A stretch of 59,426 bases of DNA, filler included, from Sphacelaria rigidula (Eukaryota): the NCBI GenBank assembly GCA_964200075.2. It is 8 parts of 8 records of this genome, joined end to end, with 100 filler letters (N's around TTAATTAATTAA, not from the genome) between each part and the next. Parts side by side here need not be neighbours in the genome. Positions count along the whole stretch, not along the records: positions 1 to 7,341 come from CAXNAA020015351.1; positions 7,442 to 14,782 come from CAXNAA020015352.1; 6 more parts are not named here. One strand, 5' to 3'. The stretch's first letter is position 1. Each line of letters begins with the position of its first letter. The position numbers and the translations under genes are program-made. Positions 1 through 12,275 of this stretch are shown piece after piece. A model generated the notes under the pieces. The model saw only the letters and a list, made by a program, of their open reading frames with translations, was not told the origin of the DNA and made no database searches.

Positions 1-68
1 GTGCAAGACAGATATGCCACTTCAGCCCCATATTTTGTATGAACCCCAAAATATAAAATCGGCTGTTG

Positions 69-530
69 ATTGACCGCTTTTCACTCTCAATCGTATCATC
101 TACTCTCAATCTCACGAAAACACTGTTAAATATGGTTGGTTCTCCGGTAGGGGTGCACAATTCTCTCGATGACTAACATCCGGGCCTCATGTGTTCAGCC
201 TCATAATACTCCGGTCGAAAAGGGGCACCCCAACCGTAGAATCACTCGAAAACATCCACATTTTCCATGGAGGATGGGTATACACGTGACACGTGACACT
301 TTCACGTGTGACACATTTGAAAAACGCGACTTGGGGTCATTTAACGTGTGTTTGGTCCTTTGAATAAAGCCTACACTTCCCAGATGTGACAGAAACTCTG
401 CTTGTTTTTGTGAGTGTGTAACGTGACACGTGGCACGTTGCAAATTCACAAAAAGCTGCCTTTTTTCACGTAACAACGTTTTCGTGAAATTGACAGTTGA
501 TGGTACGATTTAGAGTGAAAAACGGTCAAT
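69..530. mobile_element. MITE-like element with ~60-bp imperfect terminal inverted repeats
   Basis: 69-130 (attgaccgcttttcactctcaatcgtatcatc...cacgaaaac) matches the reverse complement of ~470-530. Non-coding interior, no clear TSD. Confidence 0.55.
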
Positions 531-1070
531 TAGGGAATAAGTCGTTTCAGCTCCGAAATGCACCTCCACCAGACCCAATATTCCCTCCGTAGTAGCTTGC
601 CACTGAGGCCCTCGATACCCCTGAGTAGGATATCAACGTGTAGCTGTAAGCACGTGGCAGTGATGAGACGACGAAAAGCACACGCGGAATGAAAAATTGG
701 CCAAGTCAAAGCGAATGATCAAAGCCACTCTCAATCCGCACCCAACTCTCGATCTCACGAAAACCTTCATACATATGGAAAACTCCAAGAGACACTGCTT
801 CAACGACCGTACGTTACATCACATTACGTTACATTTGCTCCGTTCAAAAAGTCAAACCTTACCTAGCGTTAAATGACCCGAAGTCACGTTTTTTCAAATG
901 TGTCGCGTATGTCACGTGTAAAGCTATGGCATTTTCTCACCAACTGTTTTACAAAAACCGTCACCTGAGGATTTTATTTGTCTGTTGAAACTTCTCCTGA
1001 CTTGCTTTGTCGCACATTGTTGCTTCCGTGTCTGAAGTCATAGATATGTATATAGATATTTCTTTTCATA

Positions 1071-1417
1071 CATTCGGACCGGCTCTCACCAGGTGAGGGA
1101 ACCCGCTTTCATCGGATTCCCTCATCTTTGAAGAACATGATGCCGGAGTGTTTTTCGAGCCCTAGGAAAACTCGCAACGGGCAGGGATTAATGCTACGAG
1201 TTTCCCACCTATGAAATTTCCCATTTTCAGATATGTATACGTTTCCAGCAACGGGAACTCTTTTAATACTTCTCATGAAAGTATTCCACCTTTTATCATT
1301 TATTTCGAGAGAGAGGTTCGAAAAAACCCCGGAACAATCAAAGTTGCGGTGACACCCGAAGGAAGCCGACGAAAGCTCCTCCTATCACCTGCACCATGGT
1401 GAGAGCCGTTTCGAATG
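1071..1417. mobile_element. Tc1/mariner-type MITE (TA target duplication)
   Basis: TA|cattcggaccggctctcacca ... tggtgagagccgtttcgaatg|TA: ~21-bp imperfect TIRs flanked by TA. Confidence 0.65.
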
Positions 1418-1622
1418 TACCAGAGGAGATAAATATGGCTTCAAGAGATTGGAGCGACAATGCGCGACAAGGCAAGCTAGAGGAAGTTTCAACAGGCAAA
1501 TAAATCCCCGGTTATTTTCGCAAAACTGTTCCGGGGAAAATGTGATCTCTCGGTAGGTGGGTTCTCCCTCATTATTTGGAAATTCAACCCCTATTTTCCA
1601 GGATCCTCTGTTACAACAGTAT

Positions 1623-1636
1623 GATAGTAGCAGTAT

Positions 1637-1686
<50 letters not shown>

Positions 1687-1779
1687 TTGGTGGTGGTGGT
1701 GGTGGTGGTAGTAGTAGTGGTGATAGTAGTAGTAGTGGTGGTGGTGGTGGTGGTAGTAGTAGTAGTAGTGGTAGTAGTA
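1623..1779. repeat. Compound trinucleotide microsatellite (AGC)n/(AGT)n/(GGT)n
   Basis: Directly visible. It ends exactly where the LTR starts at 1780. Confidence 0.95.
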
Positions 1780-2044
1780 TGTGACGAAATTACACCGTTA
1801 CGTTGAGTCGGTAGTGATCTAGATAATGACGGGGGACGCGGGGATTCTGGAGGACTCTAGGAGGATTCTGGATAATGACCGGGGGCACTGGGATGATACC
1901 CTGAGGGGTCTATGAGGCTATGCCTGCAAGGGCACTTCTGATAATGAAACGGTGTAAAGGCTGACAACTGAAACTGAGGTCAGCGCGACTGGGGAGTCTC
2001 TTAAACAGCAATGATCCAGCAGTTGTCTTCTGGCTGGCGTCACA
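1780..2044 (+). repeat. 5' LTR of gypsy copy 1
   Basis: TGTGACG...CGTCACA termini; homologous to 49078-49348 and 44647-44773. Confidence 0.85.
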
Positions 2045-2329
2045 ATATCGATATTATTAGTGCTAGTACCTGACGGAATCTGCTGGAAGAATTCCGGCGG
2101 AAGAGTCTGGAAGCTGGGGACAACCTGATTCATCACGGATGCATGGAGGGGGCAAGCTCAGGTAGCTGCAGAAAGGCGGCTGGCCTGTGATTGATCTAGA
2201 CTGGAGACTTGCTGAAGCTGCGTGCAGCGGGAGTTTAGAGGCTCCTACGACTGTGTGGTTCGGTGCCGCAGGAAGGGTGAAGTGTGCAATTCGCGACGGT
2301 CCACTAGCCTGCGAAAGGTTCGCAGGTAG

Positions 2330-3445
2330 CCAGCTGCTGCTATGGCAACCGGCTCGCGGGCTGCGTCAAGCGTGACGCCCATGGTTATGCGGGAAGAGTT
2401 GCGACCTCCCCAAAACGGCCATAGGTACTCCGAGAATGCATCTCGCACTTTCTACACCAAGTACTTGGAGTACAAGAAGCGCGTGGAGCACGCTGACGCA
2501 GGGGGTGCTGTGTGACATCAGGTGGTGCCGATGTCTCAACAAGTGCCAACGCATATGCAGAGAGGTTTTGCTCGTGTGGAACATGATGAGAGCACAATCA
2601 CCCCGCAGCAATTGGTTGCGGCGATCAAAAAGCATGCTGGGCATGCGGCAGGCGCCGAGGTGGAGCTGACCGAAGCGTCCGCGGCCGTGGCGAAAGCTGT
2701 CGCCATGCATTCTCGGGGAAAGACGGTGCTAGAGCGGGTGGAGCCAATCTTGTCAAATCTGGAGGAGTACTTCACGGAAAACCCGAACGTTGAACTGGTA
2801 TATCGTTCCCCCGATGGTGAGTTCATTCCCGACCCTCCTGCAGTAATCACCAAGGCTTTGGTGGAAGGGTTGGCGCCGGCAAATTTAAGCGAGTCGTGCT
2901 CGTCAAGTTGCAGCATGAGACGAACTGGAAGGCCGACCCTTACCTTGTAATGGACACCGTCGTGGCCGAGGCCAAGGCGTGATGGAAGATAGAGGTGTTC
3001 GGCCAGTCGTCCACCTCCTCGCCGAAGTCTTAGCGCCACCACGGCTCGAAATTGGCCGACCGCGCCGCGATCATCACTTGCCACCGCTGTGGCCAGGTCG
3101 GCTATTACGCGCGCGATTGCCCAACGTCTTCCGGTGGGGAGTCTGGGCAGTCTCATACCGCGCGCCATCAGCATCGTCAGCACAAGGGCAGAGGACGAGG
3201 CGATCGGGGCGGTGGCGACGGCGGATCCCCCGGTGGTGGAGGGTCGCAGTCGAGTTCTCAGCAGCAGCAGCAGCAGCAGCAGCGGCGGCAGGGGCAGCGG
3301 CGTCAGCATGGGTTTGGTTCTGGATCCGGCGCCGCCGTAGATTCTGCTGCTCCGCAACGGGCGGTGCAGGTGAGACCGACTTCTACAGTGTCCAATACGG
3401 CGCCGGCGCCGGTGGTGGCGACGGTGGCGACGCCGGCAGGCAGGT
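2330..3445 (+). pseudogene. gag: gag remnant with zinc knuckle and polyQ linker
   Basis: Frameshifted segments align with ORF 50023-50877. Knuckle at ~3076-3123. Confidence 0.8.
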
Positions 3446-4510
3446 GACCGAGGGGCGGGATGAGGCGGTGGAACGCTTGGTGGAGCGCGGTCCGGAGATG
3501 TTCAAAGATCCGGCGGGAGAGGAGTCCGCTCGGAAAGTCGCGCTTGAGGAGAAGCGTGACAGATACTGTGGCGAAAGGCCTCAGTGTCTTGAAAGCGGAG
3601 CGTCTGCGCGGCATCTTGCATCGCCGCGTTAACGCGTTTCGTCGTGTGCTACGGGGTGATCCTCCTGCGCGAGTGGAACCCCTGCGTGTTCAGCTAAAAC
3701 CTGGGACGTCCGCGGCGAAGACGAAGCCGCGGCGGTACGATCCGGAGAAGTCGAGTCGGTTGGCGTCGTGTATGCGGCTCTTTTGGCGCTCTGGTTGGTT
3801 CTCCGGAACATGCAGGCAATGTGGTCCAGTCCGGCGATGTCGGTTCCGAAGAAGGACTCGTTTCGCATGGTAAGCGACTACGAGGCCGTGAATGAGCAGG
3901 TTGAGAAGTCGCCGGTTGTGATGCCCAACCGAGAGGCGGACATGCATGATCTGTTGAGTGCTCGTTTTTTTGGCAAGTTGGGCCTCCTCCAAGGTTACTG
4001 GCAGATGCCGTTGGCGGAGGAGGCGCAGGAGATTTTCACAATCACAGCGGTAGGCTTATTTACCCCAAAGCGAGTGCCGCAAGGCGTGCTGAATGCCACG
4101 GCATATTTTCAAGGCACCATGACAGAACTTGTCGTCGGCTTGAAATGCAAGAAGTTCGATTGCAACGACGCTGGCCGGTCGAGGATATGACGCATGAACC
4201 ACTGGCTTTCCTCGGTGATAGTTTCAAAGGCTCGCAGTTGCGTTGGGCCACAATTGACGCGGAAGATTTTGCTATCGTGAGCAATTTTCGTCGTTTGGAG
4301 CATCTTTTGTGGGATGGGAAGCACATTTTCACGGATCACCGGAATCTCGTGTATATTTTCAACCCGGAAACGTGCATTACGTCTGTGTCGAGGCGTTGAC
4401 ACAACGTTTGGAGGGTTGAAAAGGTGTTCTTGGTCAGTATCGTTATTCGATTTGTCACATTTCGGGTGACTGTAACGCGTGGGGTGACTTGTTTTCGCGG
4501 TTGATGAATA
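3445..4510 (+). pseudogene. pol: pol remnant: partial reverse transcriptase and RNase H
   Basis: The RT N-terminal motifs are present, then the sequence jumps at ~4150 into RNase H. No YxDD motif seen. Confidence 0.8.
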
Positions 4511-4739
4511 TTCCGGCTTTGCCTGTGCGCGCCGTGGCTGTGTATGGTCCGTGTGAACCTGATGACTCGATGCCGTCCAAATCTGTTGCCCGCCAAGCGC
4601 AACGGAAATACCTTGGGGCCGAAGCTGCGGATGTGCAATATTTCGAGTCGGACGATGGTTCTGCTGTCTTGGACAATGAAGGCCTGTTTCGTGGGCATGT
4701 GCGTGGCCGAAGTGTTTTGTGAGTCCCGAGTTCTGACAA

Positions 4740-5544
4740 GCAGGTACGTCTGATGATTTGCGCGCACATGCGCAACGCCGGGCATCGTGGTGTGGCTGCG
4801 ACGCTCGTGCGCTTGCAAGATTTTTGGGTTTGGCAGGGGATGGAAACTCATGTGCCCTAATTTGTCCGCCAGTGTCTCCACTGTGCTGACTCGAGGGTGG
4901 GCGATGTTGTTCCCCGCCCGCTCGGTGAAACGGTCTATGGGACTATCCCGAATGAAAGCGTTTATTTGGACTTCTTGTACGTGGGCGAGATTGGCCCGCC
5001 AGCTCCCCAAGATTTGTCGGAGGATGCTGGGTTTCGATACATCTTGGTAATCATGGATGATTTGAGCAACTTCGTGGCTCTGGAACCAGTAGCAGTGTGT
5101 ACTGCTGGATCGACTGCCGCATCTTCGCTAAATTGGTGCAAGACTTTGGGGGTGCCGCGTGTGTGGGTGAGTGATACCGCCACGCATTTCAAGAATGCGA
5201 TCTTGGTCCGATTGCGAGAGGCTTTGCACGTTGATCACCAGTTTGCGGTGGCGTATTTTCCGTGGTCTAACGGCACGTGCGAACGCATGGTAAAGGCAGC
5301 AGTTCGTGGTCTCCGCTCTCTTCTTCTCAAGCAACGTAGAGCGGCTTCCGAGTGGGTGGACGTGTTGCCTACGGTGCAATGGGCGCTCAATACAGTGTAT
5401 CGTCGTCGTTACGGTAGTACGCCGTACCACGTGATGTTTGGTCGTGCTCCTCGGACGTCTTTCTCGGTGTTAGCGTCTTCGCCTGCGGAGGAATGGAATT
5501 GTGATGTCTTGGATGGTGGTCAAATTGAGCGTGCATTGCAATGA
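4740..5544 (+). pseudogene. Integrase remnant (zinc finger and rve core)
   Basis: AHMRNAGHRG...CLHC zinc finger, then ORF 4897-5544 with DDE-type core motifs. Confidence 0.85.
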
Positions 5545-5906
5545 GTCTTGGACTTGCAAGAACATTTCCACGTTCAAGTGCAGGAGCGTGTTGCCGCTGA
5601 ACGTGCGCGTAGACGTGAGTGGTCCTCGTCGGGGCTGGAACTGCCGAATTTTGAGGTAGGCGACTGTGTCTTGTATGCACGCTTGCGTCGTCCGGGCGTT
5701 ACGCCCAAATTGATGGCGACTTGGACTGGTCCGTGGAGAATGGTTGGTGCTCACCATCCGCACGTGTTTGAGATCCAGTACATTGTTCCAGGTCGTGTTC
5801 AGACCGCCCATGTAGCTCGTTTGCGTTTTTATGCAGACTCGCAGCTTAATGTTACGGCTGACGTTAAGGATGTGTTTCAGATCGTTTCAATAAGGGACAC
5901 TTTCAG

Positions 5907-6115
5907 ATGGCTGGTATTGTCCGAGTGGCAGAAGCAGGCGATCGTTCGTTGATCGTGTTGGTCGACTGGGTTGGTTTCGAAGTTGAGGAGCGTACGTGGG
6001 GGCATATTGAGGATCCTTTTGAGGTCGATCCGGGATTTCTCACAAAGGAGTTGCGTAAATTGCGCGTGACTGGTGCCGTTGCTGCTCGCATTATGCATGA
6101 GTTTGGTATTCAGTT
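5907..6115 (+). pseudogene. Integrase C-terminal chromodomain-like segment
   Basis: VLVDWVGFEVEERTWGHIED resembles the chromodomain pattern LVKWxG(Y/F)xxxxxTWEP and lies at the pol C-terminus. Confidence 0.7.
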
Positions 6116-6189
6116 GCGACTTGCTCATCGTTTTGATATGCGTCACGCTTGTTGCTCGATTTTCGTCCAACAACAACGTTTTTGTGATA

Positions 6190-6495
6190 TTGAGAGTAGG
6201 CGCTGATATTTTTACGCATTGCCATCATCAACACGTGCAACATCTCCAGGAATGGAAATAAGAAGAGAAAAATAGCGATTTGAAATTTTAACAAAAGCTA
6301 GAAAATTTCACACAACACCGTGTGAAAAAACGGCGGCGTCCCCCGATACGAATTTGTATTAGCGCGCAGAAGATGCTGGTGAAATTTCGGCTCAAGACTC
6401 CTAAAAGTTGGGCCCAGCGTGGAACTTCATGTGTGACACCGCTGCACCCCGGTAATCCAAGTGATACAGGAGAATCCAGTCATGGACACATGACA
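6190..6495 (+). repeat. Diverged fragment of the ~600-bp TA-MITE family
   Basis: 6444-6490 (caagtgatacaggagaatccagtcatgga) matches 46697-46727 and 25930-25958. Confidence 0.5.
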
Positions 6496-7341
6496 ACGCT
6501 TTAGTGAGATTGAAGTAGAGCGCTGATTGAGAGTGGCTTTGATCATTCGCTTTAACTTGGCCAACGTTTCGTTCCATATGTGCTGTTCTTTTTCTCGCCT
6601 GGGCGTATTATTTTTCGTTTATTTATCCCCATCCCTTTTCTTCCGGGCCTCCTTACTTGTTAGCGAGAATTCCCTCTTGTTTGTCTCGGGTGAGTACGTC
6701 AACCCTGGTACAATATGGTTCATAACACAGAATTGATAATCAAGGAACTAAAGAACGGAGGAGAAAGGGCCATCAATTAGAAAAATATTGATTCAATCAG
6801 GGCTGCATGGGCACAAGTATTCCTCCAGCTTTGAGTTTTACACAGTTTCCTGGTCTGAAATATATGGATTATTCTGCTTTTGTCTCTTTCTGCAGTTTCA
6901 TATAATAGTTTCAAGTTCTTGGTAGCGGATCAGGTTATAACGTGCGAGAAGAAATCAACCAGCCAACTTAATCGAGCAATCAATAGATCGATCCTCACTG
7001 CCTTCGTGATGTACTGTTTCATTCACTCGATTTCTCCGGCAAAATGCTAACCCTAATGAATAGCAGACAGCGTCGAACAACTCGGGACCCTCGCCGTGCA
7101 GTAGTAGCACTAGCAACAATCCTTCAGGTACTCGAAAATATGCATCCCGTAAACCAAGCACAGCAAATCCTGTGAAAAAGCAAGCAAGCAGTACCGTGAT
7201 CACACACCCTCCCCTTTCCGTCTCGAAAGGGATGCGTGGTCAATGGTTTAACGACTGAGGCAAGCAACAAATGAGTAACACACCCCCCCCCCCCCCCCCC
7301 CCACACCTTATTTACTAGCTTCATAGAACTCATAATATTAC

Positions 7342-7441
7342 NNNNNNNNNNNNNNNNNNNNNNNNNNNNNNNNNNNNNNNNNNNNTTAATTAATTAANNN
7401 NNNNNNNNNNNNNNNNNNNNNNNNNNNNNNNNNNNNNNNNN
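7342..7441. other. Artificial contig spacer
   Basis: N44-TTAATTAATTAA-N44; the core gives stops in all six frames. Confidence 0.99.
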
Positions 7442-7785
7442 CTATAGTTTCCTGGGTCAGCCTTGTCTCCTTTTTTGAAAAGATTAACGACTACTCCTTC
7501 TCTGGAGGGGGTAGGGGGGGGGTATTAGACCACCATCCCCCACCCCCTGCCCAAACGCCATACAAAAACGTAAAAAAGTGACCCTATATTAAATCATACA
7601 CGAAGTGAGGCAGCGTCGGAGGTGGGATATCTTGGCCGTCGGGCTTCCGACCTTTTCAGGAAGGTGCAGATTGACATAATAGGGGGGATGTTCCGAGCTG
7701 TTCGTGGTGCTCTGCACAGATCGCAGAAACGTCACCACTGAACGGAGCGGGGGTATGCACGTGAACAAAATGGAGAAACTGCGTA

Positions 7786-7856
7786 ACCCCGGAGGTGTAA
7801 TGGTCCGACTGTCGCCATAAGGGTGGAGAGAACGGGTGTTCGATTCCCGGTTCGTT
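7786..7856 (+). repeat. tRNA-like Pol III head, probably SINE-derived, not a convincing tRNA
   Basis: A-box-like GGTGTAATGGT and B-box GTTCGATTCCC at tRNA-like spacing. Cloverleaf stems are poor. Confidence 0.45.
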
Positions 7857-8837
7857 GGAGTTTTTCTTCGTAATATATGATTTCCACCGTGGAAAGCGTG
7901 AAAATGTCAGCAAACAAAACAGTCGACTGGGTTTGTGTGACGTGAGATGACGCGGTGCGGTAGTGCTGACCCAATCCGCGAGACCAAAATGAAAGACGTA
8001 TACCGGGGGAGAGATGGGTTGATTTCTTGAGACCACGGATTCATCCCGAGATTGGGGAGGGGTCATAAGTGTGAGGATAAAAAAGTTTCTTGGATGACAG
8101 GGGTATACCCCGCGGCTTTGTTGACAAAACCAGGTGCTCTGAGAGGCTCATCTGTTCCATGCTCTATTTGAACCTATTCCCGTGTGTCTAAACAAGAAAG
8201 AAAGTGAGGCATATTGCCCAAGTACCTTGGGCGTGGGACTGAGGAGCTAGAGCGTGTTTTAAAGGTGCCCGCTCTGTGTGAAGCGCTGCTCCCCGCACCC
8301 AAAAGTGCGCCACCCCATGTTGTCCTTAGATCTCCGGGGTATGGGCCATTCTGCAAATCCCTTTTCAACGACATTTCGCCTAACCATTGGACACGGTTAA
8401 CCCTAAGACAGCGATCCCCCCGCTGGAAGACTGAGGTAGGTACTCCAACTTTTCGGTTCAGAATCATTTCGTTGTCACAACTCAAAACGCCTACTCTACG
8501 GCGGGAGAGACCGGGAGTGTGTGAGAGGCACATACATAGTTGTGAGAGTCATTACACAGACGGTGGTGTGAATGTCGACCACCTCATTATTACGCCCCAT
8601 ATGTTTGCTGTGCAGTCTGCAGTGTATCGTGCCGCGGCTGGACTTGCAGTCTTCAGCGTACTTGATCTTGCAGTGTTGAACGTGCCGAGTGTACGCAGCG
8701 TGCGTTTGTATATCGCACCATGACTACTGCCGCGAACGCCCCTGACTACCGTAGAGCAATTACTCGGTGATGGCGGTCGCCTCACCGTTGAAGTACTTGT
8801 CTACACACACGCGGCCACTTGGCCACACCCCAAATTG

Positions 8838-9117
8838 CCTCCGGAGGGATGCGCGGCCCTCCAGGGGGAAAACAAGCCTCTGGAGGCCATTAATCCCTCT
8901 GGAGGAAAGCAAACCCTACCCACCTGGAGGGCCGCGCACCCCTCCGGAGCAATGTGGGGGTATGCTCGGCCCTCCAGAGGCAAAAATAAGCCTCCGGAGG
9001 CGTTTAGTCCCTCTGGAGGGAACCAACAATATCCTCTGGAGGGCCGCGCACCCCTCCGGGGGCGTTTCATTCCTCTGGAGGCTCGAAACGTTTACCCACC
9101 TGGAGGAGTTTTGGAGG
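8838..9117. repeat. Minisatellite built on CCTC(C/T)GGAGG palindromic motifs
   Basis: Recurrent cctccggagg/cctctggagg with gccgcgcacccctcc spacers. Confidence 0.8.
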
Positions 9118-9731
9118 TAGCCAAATGGTCGTGTGTGCATTTTCGTGTGTAGGATGATCGTGGCCGCCGCTCGCGTGTTGCGCCATGACGTTTCATACCA
9201 GATGGAGGTGTGGAGCTAGTATTAATAGGACGCTCAGGCAGTACTGAACAGACAGATACAGTGTATCGAAGAGGCTCAAACACCTCCTTCTTGGTAATAT
9301 AATCTATAGTTGATTTGGGATGATCAAAATGACATTTGAGGGTAGACGGCCAATGTGTCTACCAAGTGTCTACCTCTACCGGAACAAAAATGCTCATTTT
9401 GACGACTGTGATTGGTTAGAATGGCCATCCCGCGCCTCTCGGGCCTCGTGCAAGGCTCATAATTTTCCGCGAGAAACTTCCGAACACACATGGTTGACTC
9501 TGTGAGCTTCTCCGATGCTCCGCGGAGACCCCCCCCCCCCCTCAAAAACCAGCCCTCCTGAGCTCTGGAAACCCCCGGATGTCTCGGGACTGTCAGCCTG
9601 TGCAACTATTCCGAGGCGACGCTCGTCGTATAAGGGTTAAGAGCCCATGTAAACATAGCCGACTTCGAATATGAGACAGAGGGGGTGAATCTGCATGCAA
9701 TATGCGGCACAACTGCCCCCGTTACCCCTCA

Positions 9732-10552
9732 GGCGGGGTCGTATCAGAAGTGATTATCACTTTTCAAAAAATCACTTTTGGAGAAGTGATTTCCCCCACA
9801 ACGACCAGAGCTGCGTCTTATCGACAAGCAGTTTTGTTCAGATCAAGGCCCAGATCTGCGCACACGTGAAAAATGCGGTGGTTCTGGAAGTGGCTGTTAG
9901 TCCATTCTCTCTGTGCTGCTGCGGACAAGACGCAAAGAGGTAGCACAGCGTCGACGCACCTAGCCACGAAAACCGACGGATAGATATTCACCACTCACGG
10001 ACATTAGCTCAAGCGCTAGATCTTCACCATCTACACACGACAGCCTTTGTTTGACGAAAATCCGTCCAGTATTAGAGGAAAGGCGGCCGCGTGCTTGTCA
10101 AATAGCAACCGAAAACGTGATGCTGCTGACTGTTTTTGAGCGTGTGCTGTGCGCGCGTCTCACGCAAATCGTCATCTCACTGAATTCTGAAACGATTTGA
10201 GCAAGGTCACGCACAGCGTGCTCAGCTGATGAGCAGCAATGACTGGAGCGGTGTGTTTTGGTTTGGGAGGGCAATGTGATCCTCAGGTTCACGTTTGATT
10301 GTCTTTACTTGTCTGTCAAGACTTCGGTTATGCTCCTGTTGACGGGATGTTTTATGTTCCCGCTCGAGGTGTCACAAAATCACTTTTACAAAAGTGATTT
10401 CAGGAAGTGTTGTTTTACTTCCTGAAATCACTTTTGCAAAAGTGATTTTTTGACACTTTTCGGGGGGGGGGTATCGCAACAACCAATCATCAGTCGTTTT
10501 TCACAAAAGTGATTTCTTGAAAAGTGATAATCACTTCTGACAAGACCCCGCC
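9732..10552. mobile_element. PIF/Harbinger-type MITE, 821 bp
   Basis: ~50-bp TIRs (ggcggggtc..tcagaagtgattatcacttttca), TCA target duplication at 9729-9731 and 10553-10555, subterminal aaagtgattt repeats. Confidence 0.85.
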
Positions 10553-11261
10553 TCACTTCGATTTAGATAACGAGATGTTTGGATCTACTCCAGCACGTTC
10601 CAAAAATCGGCGAACGGTCCGCCATGCTGACATACGTGAAGATGCTGTAGTATACTGTAGTATAGGCTCAGGGTACCGAGGAGTTCAGGCAGGTCAGAGT
10701 AAGGGTCGTTATTAGGGCCTTTATTATCGACAAATAAACAAGATGGGAGAAGGCAAGAGGCAGCTGAAAGAGAAATTCGGGACACGTAGGCCCCAAGATC
10801 GAAACTTCGAGTTTTTGAGGGGGGGGGGACTAAGCCGTGTGTCCCTTGGTTTTTTGCCGAAGCGTTGGCGGATGCGGTCAGCTGCCGTAGATAGTACAGA
10901 TCCTTCTATATTATATATTATACAAGGTTCCCCTTCGGGAGCTTGGTACGGGCCTCCCGGGGGTGACGCAAGTCGAAAAAATATATTATGTCCAGTTTTG
11001 CACGATCTTGAAGGCTTTTGTGCTTCGATATCGACACCGCGCGAAAAAGGGCCAGTGTGAGCGACTTTCGGTGGCCAGAACACACGCCACAGGTATCAGA
11101 TGGCGCCCAAACTCGAACGGTAATGTACCGTTGAGCCTTCTCGGTGCGCTGCAATAGGACGTGTGGGAAAATATGCCTTGCCACCAGAGGAAACTCGGCA
11201 AAAACGGTGAAAATGTGAAATGATACATGTACATAATATACATATCGCGTTGAAGCATGTT

Positions 11262-12275
11262 CGGGAAGCGAACAGTTTACCCATTGAACCAGTGAGCGCT
11301 CACTAGATCAATGGACTGACTGTTCGCTTCCTGAACAAAAGGTATGTTGCGTGGTCTATCCCGGCATGACACATCAGAGATCTCCGGGGCCTTCGTGCCC
11401 CTCACAAGCCCCACTGTTCACATGTCAAACTCATTCCTCCCACAAATAATCATGCCGGGTCTCGAACCGGACATCTTTTGTTCAAAAAGCGAAGAGTTTA
11501 TCCATTGAACCAGAGAGAGCTCACTGGTAGCTCAATGGTCAAATGTTCGCTTCCTGCACAAAATATATGCGGTTGGAATCCTCGTATGATCATTTGTGGG
11601 AGGAATGAGTTTGGCATGTAAACAGTGAGGCTTGCGAGGCGCATGAAGGCCCCGGAGATCTTCGATGTGTCATGCCAGGATGGACCACGCAACATATCTT
11701 TTGTTCAGCAAGCGAAGAGTTTACCCATTGAACCAGTGAGCGCTCACTGGTAGCTCACTGGTCAAAAGTTCGCTTCCTGCACAAATGGTTTGGAGTTCGA
11801 GACTCAGAGTGATTTGTTGTGGAAGGAAGGAATTTGAAATGTGGATAGTGAGGCTTGCGAGGGACAAGAGGCCTCGGAGATCCCTGATGTGTCATGCCGG
11901 GATGGATCACACAGCATATCTTTTCTTCAAGAAGCTAATAGTTTGTTCATTGAAGCAGTGATAACTGCGCTCACTGGTGCAATGGACAAACTGTTGGCTT
12001 CCTGAACAAATGCTCACTGGTTCAATGGACAAACATTTCGCTTCCTCAATCAACAAAAGATATGCTGCGTGGTCCATCCCGGAATGACACACCAGGGATC
12101 TCCGGGGCCCCTTGCCCCTCGCAAGCGTCACTGTTCGCATTTCAAATTCCTTCCTTCCACAATTGATCATGCTGAATCTCGAACTCCGTATTTTTTGTGC
12201 AGGAAGCGAACATTTAACCATTGAACTAGTGGGCGCTCACTGGTTCAATGGGTAAACTGTTCGCTTCCCGAACAA
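11262..12275. repeat. Array of four ~222-bp TIR-bounded, tRNA-like units in -,+,+,- orientation joined at palindromic nodes
   Basis: Nodes (consensus CCATTGAACCAGTGAGC|GCTCACTGGTTCAATGG) centred near 11297, 11518, 11741, 11968 and 12234. Unit bodies are homologous but flip strand. Confidence 0.85.

Larger units (their letters stand above)
1780..6170 (+). mobile_element. Decayed Ty3/gypsy LTR retrotransposon with chromodomain (copy 1); no 3' LTR seen
   Basis: Order is LTR, gag knuckle (CHRCGQVGYYARDC), RT motifs (WSSPAMSVPKKDSFRMVSDY, GYWQMPL, PQGVLNATAYFQ), RNase H (IFTDHRNL), integrase (YILVIMDDLSNF, VSDTATHF, SNGTCER), chromodomain. RT-RH-IN order is gypsy. Many stops and frameshifts. Confidence 0.92.

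Noticed and set aside
1557-1806. Poly-Ser/Gly and poly-Ala/Val ORFs
   Set aside because: They are microsatellite translations.
7386-7397. Periodic TTAATTAATTAA as a biological motif
   Set aside because: It is an assembly linker inside N runs.
7786-7856. Functional tRNA genes here, at 14638 and at 38445
   Set aside because: A and B boxes are present but I could not fold convincing acceptor and anticodon stems. SINE-derived is more likely.
11262-12275. CRISPR or integron-like array
   Set aside because: The sequences between the palindromes are homologous to each other rather than unique, and there is no cas or integrase gene. Kept only as a repeat finding.
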